The position numbers were made by a program, and so were the translations under genes. From positions 1 through 55,559 of the IMG/VR virus record IMGVR_UViG_3300042293_000428: DNA of 55,559 nucleotides; one strand, written 5' to 3'. This stretch comes from a virus (Duplodnaviria > Caudoviricetes). Numbering within the stretch: the stretch's first letter is position 1; every line of letters starts with the position of its first letter. The notes beneath the pieces were generated by a model. It was not told the DNA's origin. It worked only from the letters and a program-made list of their open reading frames with translations, and ran no database searches. Shown piece after piece: positions 1 through 9,510 of this stretch.

Positions 1-88
1 CAGCGATCACACGTGATTTAAAATCATTGATTAGCGTATTTATACTAATACCATTTTGTCCTTGCCCACATGATAATAATGTTAACAT
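1..88 (-). CDS. N-terminal fragment of a gene running off the window edge (MLTLLSCGQGQNGISINTLINDFKSRVIA...), probably structural
   Basis: ATG at 88-86, 2 nt after the stop of the 91..609 gene; the frame is open to the window edge. Translated by hand. Confidence 0.6.
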   Translation of the reverse strand, partial: MLTLLSCGQGQNGISINTLINDFKSRVIA

Positions 89-90
89 AA

Positions 91-609
91 TTAAGCATAG
101 GTTAAGTTTACTACCACATCATTTGCCAATATGGCACCTGTATTATTGTCTGCTAATCCACTTGTTATTGCAAGTGCAATTCCTAAAGGGAAATTAACCC
201 CCATAGAAAAAGGAATAGCTATACCAGCTCCTTGTGTATTTGCAGGAATAGGAATAGTCATTAAAGGAACATCAGTTCCTACAGTGGGAGCAGTAGCCTT
301 GTTATACAGCTTCAAGTATCTAACTGTAGATGTTAAACCTATAGCAACAATAGAATACAAATTTCCTCCAGAAGCTTTGACAACATTTGCGTTAGTTGTA
401 GCAAGTGATATTAACTTGTAAGGAGTTGTTCCATTTGATCCAGTAGTGTTAGGCCTTGGACTAATAGGAACAGGATTTGCTCCAGTATTGTCAACTGTAA
501 CATTAGAATTATTTCCTGTAACTTTTGATAATTGTTCTAACTGTTTGGCAATTTGCCATAGTAAATTAGCTTCATAACTACTTCCTATTTGTTTTGCTGG
601 TATAGCCAT
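91..609 (-). CDS. Hypothetical, probably virion-associated beta-rich protein
   Basis: 172-aa ORF with an A-rich leader; short helical N-terminus (NLLWQIAKQLEQL) followed by a small-residue, beta-strand-like domain. Confidence 0.6.
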   Translation of the reverse strand: MAIPAKQIGSSYEANLLWQIAKQLEQLSKVTGNNSNVTVDNTGANPVPISPRPNTTGSNGTTPYKLISLATTNANVVKASGGNLYSIVAIGLTSTVRYLKLYNKATAPTVGTDVPLMTIPIPANTQGAGIAIPFSMGVNFPLGIALAITSGLADNNTGAILANDVVVNLTYA

Positions 610-649
610 TTTATTTTTTATTTTTTAATTTTTATTTAAATACTACATA

Positions 650-657
650 CAAATATA
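650..657 (-). promoter_or_regulatory. Bacteroidota-type -7 promoter element (TATATTTG)
   Basis: Matches TAnnTTTG, about 40 nt upstream of the ATG at 609; no clear -33 TTTG. Confidence 0.45.
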
Positions 658-692
658 TAAAGATTATTATAAATAATAGTCTTTATATAATA

Positions 693-812
693 TTATCTAC
701 CTTGTCCTCTGTATTTTTTAGGACGTTCTTCTTTAGGACCATAAGACTTACTATGTTTTCCTGTCTTTTTAGCTCCAAATACAATTTTACGTGAATCAAC
801 TTGTTTTGCCAT
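693..812 (-). CDS. 39-aa highly basic protein MAKQVDSRKIVFGAKKTGKHSKSYGPKEERPKKYRGQGR; not in the ORF track
   Basis: ATG at 812-810, TAA at 695-693; fills the gap between neighbouring genes; Lys/Arg-rich and ends in KKYRGQGR. Confidence 0.75.
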   Translation of the reverse strand: MAKQVDSRKIVFGAKKTGKHSKSYGPKEERPKKYRGQGR

Positions 813-825
813 TACTATAAGATTT

Positions 826-1056
826 TTAAAATATTAATTCCTTAATGAATAAAATAAAAGCTGGTAATAATGTAGCAACAACATCTAACGCTTCTACACT
901 TCCTTTGTGTTTTGAATCATATGCTTCTTTTCCTACAGCAACTATTAATACAATTCCAAGAGAAATTAAATTTGAAAAAATCAATGTTGCTAAAATATAA
1001 ATAACAAATCCATATATAAAATGGTTTGCTTTATCTTGTGGTATTTGTGGTAACAT
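826..1056 (-). CDS. Small membrane protein (VanZ/YfiM-like DKxxHF...KExxD pattern)
   Basis: 76 aa with hydrophobic helices and the motifs DKANHF and GKEAYD; sits at the end of the lysis cassette. Confidence 0.6.
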   Translation of the reverse strand: MLPQIPQDKANHFIYGFVIYILATLIFSNLISLGIVLIVAVGKEAYDSKHKGSVEALDVVATLLPAFILFIKELIF

Positions 1057-1057
1057 A

Positions 1058-1669
1058 TTAAATTGATTTTAATTGAAAGTGCATTTCTTTTTTAAAAGTA
1101 CCATCTGTATTTCTTAATCTTAACTTAGTTTTTTCAGATGGTGTTATTCTATTATCAAAAACATCAACATTTTGTAATATAAATCCTTTACAACTATATT
1201 GTTTTTGTTGAACAGTTCTTCTTATGTCACAAGGATTTGTTAATAATTCTTTAGAACACTCTTTTATAGAATTCCAAACTTTATAAATATCTCCTTTCAA
1301 AGTAAATCCATATACTCTTTTTTTATTTTTATCATGAGCTTTACTTTGTTTATCTTTAATTTCTTTTGTTCCTACACCACCTTCTCCACCATACGTAAGA
1401 TTGTAACCTTTAGAATCATTTGTAGAATCATAAAAAGAAATCCAATATTTTTCTCTATCATTTATTAAATGATCATCACATTCTTCTAATACATCAAATA
1501 TAAAAATATCTTTACCATATTTATTATATGAATATTGAAGATGTTTATTTATATGTTTTCCGTATTTTAATTTTCTTAAATGTTCTTTTTGTCTAACAAT
1601 AAGAGAAATAGTTTTACCAATATAAACTTTATCGGTTAAAGTGTTTTTTATAATGTATATACAACTCAT
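1058..1669 (-). mobile_element. Free-standing GIY-YIG homing endonuclease with NUMOD-type DNA-binding C-terminus
   Basis: CIYIIKN...VYIGKT, catalytic-type R, E(REKYWI) and GYN motifs; WNSIKECSKEL NUMOD1-like helix; ATGA overlap with the endolysin stop. Confidence 0.9.
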
Positions 1670-2082
1670 ATAGTATTTAACTCAAAATGCATTCCATCTT
1701 TTCTTTTGAAATTTCCTCCCCAATAAAATCCTGCATCTGTAAAACATTTTACAAATCCTGCAGACAATACAGGAGTTACATTAAGTCCATTCCAAGCAGC
1801 ATTAACGTCAATTGCTAATCCCCATGCATGCAATGACATAGAACTTAGTCCTCTTTTCTTTCTAATATTGAAACATCCATCAAAAGTTTTAAGCTCTTTA
1901 ACAAATCCTCTATCAATAAGATTAGTGAAAGCTTTTGTTAATGGACCCACCATATCTTTATTGCAATAAAGTCTTTTAGGTAGAACACCTATTTCTAATT
2001 CTGTTGGTACATCCCAAAGAACCATTCCTGATTCTTTTACAGGATCACCATATTTCTTTAATGCTTGTGCACTTGTCACCAT
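1666..2082 (-). CDS. Endolysin, M15-family Zn peptidase (L-Ala-D-Glu peptidase-like)
   Basis: R...SLHAWGLAID motif plus WGG...DGMHFE third Zn ligand; adjacent to membrane proteins. Confidence 0.9.
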   Translation of the reverse strand: MVTSAQALKKYGDPVKESGMVLWDVPTELEIGVLPKRLYCNKDMVGPLTKAFTNLIDRGFVKELKTFDGCFNIRKKRGLSSMSLHAWGLAIDVNAAWNGLNVTPVLSAGFVKCFTDAGFYWGGNFKRKDGMHFELNTI

Positions 2083-2084
2083 AA

Positions 2085-2357
2085 TTAGTCTGTTTCATTT
2101 GTTAATGAATCTTTTTTGCTTATAATAGATGTAGAATATGTTGTTAATGACAACAAAGCTGCTATTAAACCTGCTTCTACACCAAGAAGTATAGCTACAT
2201 CAGAATAAGTTTGTCCAGGTTTAATATTATTAATAGTCTTTGATATATTCAATACAAGATTAAAAGAAAAAACAAGAGATAGCACTCTACGAATAGACAC
2301 TTTCTTATTTGTTCCTAACCATATAGGTTCTATGTATTTGAATATTTTATATATCAT
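2085..2357 (-). CDS. Putative holin
   Basis: 90 aa with two hydrophobic segments and charged termini, directly upstream of the endolysin. Confidence 0.6.
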   Translation of the reverse strand: MIYKIFKYIEPIWLGTNKKVSIRRVLSLVFSFNLVLNISKTINNIKPGQTYSDVAILLGVEAGLIAALLSLTTYSTSIISKKDSLTNETD

Positions 2358-2974
2358 TTACGTAATTTTATTTTCCAATAAGTTTGTAAGCCTACTTGCA
2401 CTTGACCATTCATATCAAGTCCTGTATATACATTATATATATGATCTGTTTTTGTTTTAAGTAATACCCCTACATTAAATTGATTAATAAGTTGTTGTGG
2501 TCCTCCTTGTAAACCTCCTCCATAATAAATTTGATTATTTCTAAGAGGGGGAAGTGTAATTGTTTTAGTTATAGTTGGATATTTTAAATCCCAAGCTACT
2601 TTTCTATAAGTAATATTGTTATGGTTTACAGTGTCATTAATATATACATGTCCTATACTATCAAGTTTAATTGTATCTTTATATACATTAAGAGCTATGT
2701 GCTCTTCTACTAGCTTAGTGTATTGTAATACTAATTTAGCATAGTTTGGATCAGGGACATAGTTAGTTCCTGGTTTCCCTGGAATAGTCTTAACTAATGT
2801 TGGTTTAGTAATTACAGTGTTCTGTTTAACTACCCACACTGTATCTGTTTTAACAGAAGGTTTTTCTGCAGGAATATTATCTTTATTGCATTTCTGTAAA
2901 AGAATAACTGCTATTAGTATTAGTATAACAACATTAAAGAAATTCTTCTTAACCCATTCTAATATAATCATCAT
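2354..2974 (-). CDS. Putative spanin-like lysis protein (N-terminal anchor/lipoprotein signal, C-terminal amphipathic beta-strands)
   Basis: KK-hydrophobic stretch-LLQKC at the N-terminus; alternating beta pattern ending YWKIKLRK; ATGA-coupled within the lysis cassette. Confidence 0.55.
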   Translation of the reverse strand: MMIILEWVKKNFFNVVILILIAVILLQKCNKDNIPAEKPSVKTDTVWVVKQNTVITKPTLVKTIPGKPGTNYVPDPNYAKLVLQYTKLVEEHIALNVYKDTIKLDSIGHVYINDTVNHNNITYRKVAWDLKYPTITKTITLPPLRNNQIYYGGGLQGGPQQLINQFNVGVLLKTKTDHIYNVYTGLDMNGQVQVGLQTYWKIKLRK

Positions 2975-3294
2975 TGTAAATTTTTATAAATTCCTGTAGC
3001 AAATTGAATAAACGCAGCTATTGCTACAATTATACCAACTGTCCATAAAATTCTATTTTTAAAGTCTTCTTGTTGTTCTAGTTTAGATTTTAAAATGTCA
3101 ATTTCTACTTTCAATGTTTTAATATCACTCACCATTCCTCCTTCTTTAGTTAAAGGATTTCCTAAAATTCCATCAATCACTTGTGATAATTTCGTATCAA
3201 TAGAGGTCATTTTATCCTCTAGATCTTCTAATCTTTGATCCATGCTCTTTAACTCTTCTTTGATTTGTCTTTCGATATTTTCCATACTTTCCAT
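2971..3294 (-). CDS. Coiled-coil protein with C-terminal transmembrane helix (XhlA/holin-associated-like)
   Basis: Heptad pattern followed by ILWTVGIIVAIAAFIQF. Start at 3294 (MESMEN) preferred over 3327, which abuts the promoter. Confidence 0.6.
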   Translation of the reverse strand: MESMENIERQIKEELKSMDQRLEDLEDKMTSIDTKLSQVIDGILGNPLTKEGGMVSDIKTLKVEIDILKSKLEQQEDFKNRILWTVGIIVAIAAFIQFATGIYKNLQ

Positions 3295-3334
3295 AAATAG
3301 TAACAATATAATTAAATGGATTACCATTTATAAG

Positions 3335-3399
3335 CAAATATAAATTTTATTTATTACATATTAAAACAACTAAAAATTATATTCTTCATAATATAGCAT
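3335..3399 (-). promoter_or_regulatory. Lysis-cassette promoter (-7 TATATTTG at 3342-3335) with upstream GCTATATTAT box (3397-3388)
   Basis: TAnnTTTG match; the same box recurs at 4055 and 55348. Confidence 0.6.
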
Positions 3400-3450
3400 A
3401 AATGAAAATTATTTTTTAGTAATCAATTTCTATATTATTTGTTATTTAAT

Positions 3451-3975
3451 TTACCAAGCTGTTAATGCTGTTCTTCTCCAAGTGTTTGCTGCTATGCAAA
3501 CATATATGAAACCAGCTGTATATCTAATCTCTCCGAGTATTCCTGTTGATGTTGATGTTGCAGGAGCTGGGTTTAAATTAGAAATTGTGTATTGTCCTGC
3601 TTGAATATTATCCGCCAAAATTGGACAATTAAGATTAAAACTTCCAGCTTCAACAGTAATATCACCACTAAAATCATTTATTTCAATAGAAGTAGATCCA
3701 ACTGCTAATATAAGTACATCTCCATCACCACTTATATTAGATGTTATTATACCTCCAGTAAAGCTAATTGTTTTATTAGTAGTCGCTCCAACATCTGTAA
3801 CAGATTGTAAATCTGGAGCAGAAAAATTACTTAAAGAATAATTTATTTTTTCTAAAGCAGTTTGTATACTGTCATTTGTGTTTACTCCTATATATAATAA
3901 ATTAGCCCCTTCGTAAAATACGCAGGTAGAATTTAATATAACAGGACACGGTGTGGCTGAGCAAAGTACATTCAT
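3451..3975 (-). CDS. Short fibre-like protein sharing both terminal domains with the 42872..46951 tail spike
   Basis: N-terminal CVFYEGANL..G.NTNDSIQTALEKI and C-terminal GEIRYTAGFIYVC..NTW.R.ALT.W align with the termini of the spike. Confidence 0.75.
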   Translation of the reverse strand: MNVLCSATPCPVILNSTCVFYEGANLLYIGVNTNDSIQTALEKINYSLSNFSAPDLQSVTDVGATTNKTISFTGGIITSNISGDGDVLILAVGSTSIEINDFSGDITVEAGSFNLNCPILADNIQAGQYTISNLNPAPATSTSTGILGEIRYTAGFIYVCIAANTWRRTALTAW

Positions 3976-4001
3976 AATGTAAGTAGTGTATTAGTAATTT
4001 G

Positions 4002-4064
4002 TAAAAATAATATTTATAAGGTTGATATCAAACTGTTATAAAAAATAACTAACTATAATATAGC
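4002..4064 (-). promoter_or_regulatory. Promoter TTTG-N19-TATTTTTA with upstream GCTATATTAT box (4064-4055)
   Basis: Bacteroidota -33/-7 spacing with a variant -7 element; box lies at the same distance as at 3388. Confidence 0.5.
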
Positions 4065-4068
4065 GTTG

Positions 4069-7000
4069 TTATCTTCTACTTTCTTTTTGAATTGTTATGT
4101 CAAATTCTTTAGCAAACTCAGAATCAAGTATTGCTCCATATGTCAACAATGATTTTGTTACAGGTAACATCTTAGCTAAATATTTAATAGGTTTTGCTTT
4201 TTCTCTAACTTCTTCTGAAGATAATGATGGGTCAAATAATTCAAAGCCTAATACTTGGCTAGAAAAATGAGACATGAATTTTATTACATCTGAAAAAAGT
4301 CCTATAGCAGGAAACATTGATCCTTCTAAAATTTTCTCTGCTTCTAATGGATTATAAAAGAATGAAAGTTCCCCAACAAATTTATCTACAACTCTTTGAG
4401 AAAATCTATAAAAGTTTTTAGTTGCTATATCATCATCATCATCGTCAGGAGCTAATAGTCCCATAGATAATTTTAAACCAAACAAAACAAGTAACATTGT
4501 TAATTCCTGGACCTGATTTTTTAAATTTGTTTTAATCATGTCATTGAAATCTTCTTTTGTCATAGTAAATTTTTCACCTGTTCTTTTTTGATAAGCTTGT
4601 GCATAGTCTAAATACATTTTATCTAATAAAAGAATACCTTTATCATTAACTTGTAATATATTTAAAACATTAAAACTTTTATCTTGAACAGAAGAAATCA
4701 ATACTCCCCACCAAAGTCTAACTCTACCAATATCATATTTCTCTCCTTCAGTTAAACCATCGTCATCTATTGTTACAGAAAAATCATCTGATATTTTTCT
4801 CAATTCTCCAAAACGTGTATCAACAAGTTTAGGAATCCAGTTCTTAAATACCATCATAGATCTTCCCCAAACACTCATTGACATTCTATTTATGTCAGAA
4901 TCTGACATACCTCCAGTTGCATTTCTAGAAATACGTCTACTAAGTTTTGTAACTCTATCTATTTCTTTATAGTTGTTTAAATCAAAACCAGGAATGACAA
5001 GTTTATCATTTTCCAACTTCATTGTATTAGTTATAGAACTTGTATTTTTTAATTCTATAATTTCATCTTCTATCTTTTTAGAATCTCTTGCATAATCACT
5101 TGCAGAATTATATCTATCTTTATATTTATTTTTTACAAACTCTCTAATGTTAACAATTTTTCCATCAATAATCATTGAGTTATCTAATAATGTCATAAAA
5201 ATAGATTTCTCAACATGTTGTTCAGGTTCTCTCATAAACACCATTAACCAATCAGAAAAATTTTGTTGAGTTATTTTTGATAACCCTGCTTCTTTTAATT
5301 TATCATATGTAGGATCATCTTTAAGTGGCATGAAAGTATCTATTAATTGTAAAAACATTTTACGATCATCATTGTCCTTAAATTTACTACCTATTAAACC
5401 ATTAAAGTTTTTAAAATAATCCCATTTAGTAAAATAGTTACCTGCTTGTGTAATCACCTGAATGTTTGCACCAAATAAATTCACTGCTCCTGATATAATA
5501 TCTAACCCTAATGTTTTTAATTGAAAAGTTCTATTTAGAGTATCCATAGATTTGAACAAAGAAGTGGCACTAGGTTTATCTAAATCTGTAAAAACTTCTT
5601 TACCTGCAACACCATTTATAATTTTTTTCATTTGTTTCATGATACCTGTACTTATAGAAGTATCTGTATCAGAAAGAGGATATTTTTGTTCATATAGTAG
5701 AGCTCTTAGAAAATCATCAAACATTTTAGTGTTTTGTTCATTTCCTTCTAATTCTTCTGGCTTACCGTTAGGTTTTAGTATAACATCTCCTGATCTTGTT
5801 GTAGCTAAATGTTTTTTAAAGCCTTCTACAGTTTTAATAAGCTGTGCTTGTCCTTCTACTTCAGAAAGATATTTGTAGTTATGCATATGATTTATATATA
5901 AAATCATATTCTTGAAAAGATCTTCACTTACATCTGTGTAATCATGTATAGTATTACCTGCTTCATCTTTGCTCATTGAAAAATCTGAAGTGTAATACTT
6001 TGGTATACTATGTTCTATCTCTCCAGTTAATTCATTTACATTACCAAAACCAATATCATCTGCTTGTAAAGATAATCCATTACCAAAATTCATTACAGAA
6101 GAAAGAGAAAAATCCCAAGCAAGACTTTCAGCCATTGATTTTCTTACAAATGGTAAAAATGTAGAATGAACTTTATTCTCTAAGTATCCAATATCAGCTG
6201 ATTTCTTGTTTGTTTTAATTAGGAAGTTATATAAATCAAACAGCTCTTTATCATTTTGAATATTTTTATATTCATCTGTTAACCATGGAGAAGATTCAAT
6301 TCCATTTTTATCTATAGACTTTAGAGGATGTCTTTTAATAATATAATTATTCCATCCTGTAAAATCATTTCTAGTAACGTCAAGCATTCTCTTTTCTTGA
6401 AGAATAAGTTTGGCCATCATTTCTTTATCTTCAGAATAAATTCTTTTAATTCTTTCTATTCTTTTTTCTAAAACTTCTTTTGCTTCTTTTAGATAACCTT
6501 CTCTATCTAAATTATTGTATAACCATTCTTTACTAGGAGATTCTTCAGCAGCATTTTTATCAACTAAATCATAAAATTCTTTTTTATATTTATATATAAT
6601 TTTATTAACTAATTTATTCTTGTCATCTTTTTGATATAACTGTTGTACATACTTTCTAACATCTCCTCCTTTATCAGTTATTCTTTTTCTAATAGACATT
6701 AACTCTTCAACTTCTTTTAATGCATCTCTTCTAGCTCTACCTTTAGCATTTGTAACTAATTTAAATAATATACTAACAGAAGGTAGAGGAACTTCTGAAG
6801 CTCCTCTAAAAAAAGAACCTATTCCAGACCAAACAGCTTGTGGAGATAACAAACCTTGTACAAGATTTCTTTCTCCCATAAACTTATCTGCAAATTTTCC
6901 AGTAATGTCTTCTACTTTTTTAGAAGATAAACGAATAAGTTTTGCTTCACTATCTATACTTTCTAAATAAGTTTTACGTTTAGCTAAATCTTCTTTTTGT

Positions 7001-9507
7001 TTATCAGTTTTAGCATTCTTTATTTCAGATTTATCATATATTAAATTTCCTATCAAATCATTCATAGAACCAAACACTTTTGATATAGCCATATATTCCC
7101 TAAGACTATCTGCATATTCAGAAAGTTGTACATCATTTATATCATCAGTAGAAGCTGTTTTTTTATTGTAAATTGTTTCCCAATCATTAATAAGATTTTG
7201 TCCTTCCTTTCTCATCAATTTAATTACTTGAATCAATGGAACAAGATTATTAGCACTTTGTGCAGCACGAATAGCTTTAGAAATAGCATTCATCCTCTCA
7301 CCTTTAAATCTTTTATCATCTTCGTTGGTAACCTCTTCTTTTCCTACTTGCTTCAACACTGCATTTAATTGTGCAATGGCTTCATCTAATTCCTCATTCC
7401 CAGTTGATTCAGTTTCTTCTGAAACAGGAACTAATGTAAAATCTTTTATATTACCAACATTTACAGAACCAATTTCAATTCCTTTAACTATTAAATCAGA
7501 ATCTGGATTTCTCCAGTTCTTACGTTTAACATCCATTAATATAGGAATAGCTCGCATTTGTCCAAACTCTTTTACTCCATAAGAGTCTCTTAATATATCT
7601 TTATATCTACCAAGTTGTATATTATATGCTCCTTGTTTATACCAAGCTACATCTTCTGCAGTGGCAGATACAGTCATAAACTTCCAATCAAATATATTAG
7701 CCTTACCATTTTCCTCTATTATTAAAAGGTCAATAGTTCCAGCTTCTTGTTCTTTAGGATCATATACAACTACTTCTGAAAATACCAAAGGATTCTTCTT
7801 ACCTTCAGAAAACTTTTTAACTAAATCAACATAGTATTGTTCAAGTCTTTCATAAACTTCTTCATCAGGACCAATCAGATCTATAGTTCTAGAAATAGGA
7901 GTTTCTCTTCTAGTTCCATCTTCTTTAAAATATCTATTATGTACATCTTCGAAATAGAAATGATACTTTATACCATGATCTCTTTTAAAGTCATTGATGA
8001 ACTCTTCTTCTTTAGTAAACTTTTTATTCTTTCCAAATCTTTGTTCATACCAAGCCTTCACTCTATCAGTTACACGTTTGGTGATTCTTCTTTCGTTACC
8101 AGTAGTTTCTAATTCTACATAATAATTAGATGCTTCTTCGCTATCTGCTAATAGAGGATCAACTTTTTCAGAAGATTCTCTTTTTTTAATTCTATCTTTT
8201 GTATCAAGAATACTTTGTTGTAATTCTTTTTGTTTATCAGATAATTTAGATTCTCCTTTTTTAAAGAATACACCTTCTCCTTGAAATTCAACAGGAGCAG
8301 ATTCCATGAAAGTTTTAAATCCTTCTATATCTTGTTTACTGCCTAATACATATATTTGTGAAGTATCTCTAACTACATATTGTGTTTCTAGACCTCCTAA
8401 TGGATCTTTAATGTTTAATCCTATAATACCATCGCCTCCTCTGTTAGTTTCTGTTTCTGTGTAATTTACACCATCTAAAACAACAGGGTTCTCTAAGTTA
8501 ATAACAGCAGCAACTAATTGCGGATTAGCTTCTTCTTCAGGAGCATTTAGTAATCTATTAGTAGCATCCCAATCAGCATATCTAGAAGCAGTTAAATCAT
8601 CACTAAAATAAACTCTCCCATCTCTAGGAGTTAATGATTCTAGTTTAGTAGCAGAACCTGTTCCATGGTAAACAATTTGTTCAACTTTACTATTAGGGAA
8701 TATTCTATCTATGTACATAGAATATTGTTCCTGTGTTCCTATGTTTGCTAGTTCAGGATTTTGTTCAAATATAAAATCTAACCCTTCTTGTTTACGAGCA
8801 TAAGACATTCCTATATCTCCAGAGATAATTTTAGAAGTTGCTTTTTCAAATATATCTATGTTAGCTTTTCTATATCTTCCTGAGAAGAAATCAAGGATAG
8901 CATTCCATATTTTTTGAACCATTGTTCTAGGAAGTTCTTCCATTAGTTCAGGAAACTCTACAGAGCCTTCAGATTGATTGATAATAAGCTCAACTATAAG
9001 TTTATCTACAGCTTCTTTTTTAATCTTTCTAATATTAGGTTTTCCATTAGGTAATTGATAGTTCTTATCATCTCTATAAGCTTCAAGCACTTTGTTATAG
9101 ATAGCAAACCTATCTATTTTAGAAATCATTTCTGTTACAAACTTTGGTTCTAATTTTTCTATCATAGCTGTAGCAATGTGCACCATCTCCTCTGTAAGAG
9201 TAACATCTTCTTTTCCTTCAGCAATAGCAATAATTCCTTTTACAAGATCTGCTAAACCATTTAAATCAGTTGCTTTCACATCAGGATTCCCTTTTAGATA
9301 ATCTTGAAGATCTTGCATCTTGACACCCATTTTAGCAATGAGTGCCTTCACTTTATTTAAAGTTTCTTCTGATGCCTTAGATGATAGAAGTTCTTGTTTA
9401 GGAACATTTCCTTCATAGGTATCCCACAAGTAGTAAGCTAAATCCTCTCCTTTTGATGCTACTAATAATTTCCAAGCTTCTGTATTCTTATTTGGACATG
9501 TTGCCAT
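4069..9507 (-). CDS. Large virion cargo/polyvalent protein: zincin-like, ADP-ribosyltransferase-like and PD-(D/E)XK nuclease domains with a helical C-terminus
   Basis: EEMVH; IVYHGT...VYFS...Y...DGII...QYVV (ART pattern); SE...AGTIDLL...IFDWKF...QL..Y (PD-(D/E)XK); directly follows the vRNAP gene, as in crAss-like genomes. Confidence 0.8.
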   Translation of the reverse strand: MATCPNKNTEAWKLLVASKGEDLAYYLWDTYEGNVPKQELLSSKASEETLNKVKALIAKMGVKMQDLQDYLKGNPDVKATDLNGLADLVKGIIAIAEGKEDVTLTEEMVHIATAMIEKLEPKFVTEMISKIDRFAIYNKVLEAYRDDKNYQLPNGKPNIRKIKKEAVDKLIVELIINQSEGSVEFPELMEELPRTMVQKIWNAILDFFSGRYRKANIDIFEKATSKIISGDIGMSYARKQEGLDFIFEQNPELANIGTQEQYSMYIDRIFPNSKVEQIVYHGTGSATKLESLTPRDGRVYFSDDLTASRYADWDATNRLLNAPEEEANPQLVAAVINLENPVVLDGVNYTETETNRGGDGIIGLNIKDPLGGLETQYVVRDTSQIYVLGSKQDIEGFKTFMESAPVEFQGEGVFFKKGESKLSDKQKELQQSILDTKDRIKKRESSEKVDPLLADSEEASNYYVELETTGNERRITKRVTDRVKAWYEQRFGKNKKFTKEEEFINDFKRDHGIKYHFYFEDVHNRYFKEDGTRRETPISRTIDLIGPDEEVYERLEQYYVDLVKKFSEGKKNPLVFSEVVVYDPKEQEAGTIDLLIIEENGKANIFDWKFMTVSATAEDVAWYKQGAYNIQLGRYKDILRDSYGVKEFGQMRAIPILMDVKRKNWRNPDSDLIVKGIEIGSVNVGNIKDFTLVPVSEETESTGNEELDEAIAQLNAVLKQVGKEEVTNEDDKRFKGERMNAISKAIRAAQSANNLVPLIQVIKLMRKEGQNLINDWETIYNKKTASTDDINDVQLSEYADSLREYMAISKVFGSMNDLIGNLIYDKSEIKNAKTDKQKEDLAKRKTYLESIDSEAKLIRLSSKKVEDITGKFADKFMGERNLVQGLLSPQAVWSGIGSFFRGASEVPLPSVSILFKLVTNAKGRARRDALKEVEELMSIRKRITDKGGDVRKYVQQLYQKDDKNKLVNKIIYKYKKEFYDLVDKNAAEESPSKEWLYNNLDREGYLKEAKEVLEKRIERIKRIYSEDKEMMAKLILQEKRMLDVTRNDFTGWNNYIIKRHPLKSIDKNGIESSPWLTDEYKNIQNDKELFDLYNFLIKTNKKSADIGYLENKVHSTFLPFVRKSMAESLAWDFSLSSVMNFGNGLSLQADDIGFGNVNELTGEIEHSIPKYYTSDFSMSKDEAGNTIHDYTDVSEDLFKNMILYINHMHNYKYLSEVEGQAQLIKTVEGFKKHLATTRSGDVILKPNGKPEELEGNEQNTKMFDDFLRALLYEQKYPLSDTDTSISTGIMKQMKKIINGVAGKEVFTDLDKPSATSLFKSMDTLNRTFQLKTLGLDIISGAVNLFGANIQVITQAGNYFTKWDYFKNFNGLIGSKFKDNDDRKMFLQLIDTFMPLKDDPTYDKLKEAGLSKITQQNFSDWLMVFMREPEQHVEKSIFMTLLDNSMIIDGKIVNIREFVKNKYKDRYNSASDYARDSKKIEDEIIELKNTSSITNTMKLENDKLVIPGFDLNNYKEIDRVTKLSRRISRNATGGMSDSDINRMSMSVWGRSMMVFKNWIPKLVDTRFGELRKISDDFSVTIDDDGLTEGEKYDIGRVRLWWGVLISSVQDKSFNVLNILQVNDKGILLLDKMYLDYAQAYQKRTGEKFTMTKEDFNDMIKTNLKNQVQELTMLLVLFGLKLSMGLLAPDDDDDDIATKNFYRFSQRVVDKFVGELSFFYNPLEAEKILEGSMFPAIGLFSDVIKFMSHFSSQVLGFELFDPSLSSEEVREKAKPIKYLAKMLPVTKSLLTYGAILDSEFAKEFDITIQKESRR

Positions 9508-9510
9508 AAC

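Noticed and set aside
1058-1669. Group I intron or intein hosting the GIY-YIG ORF
   Set aside because: The ORF fills the entire interval with no room for a ribozyme core, and the endolysin is already complete with its own stop.
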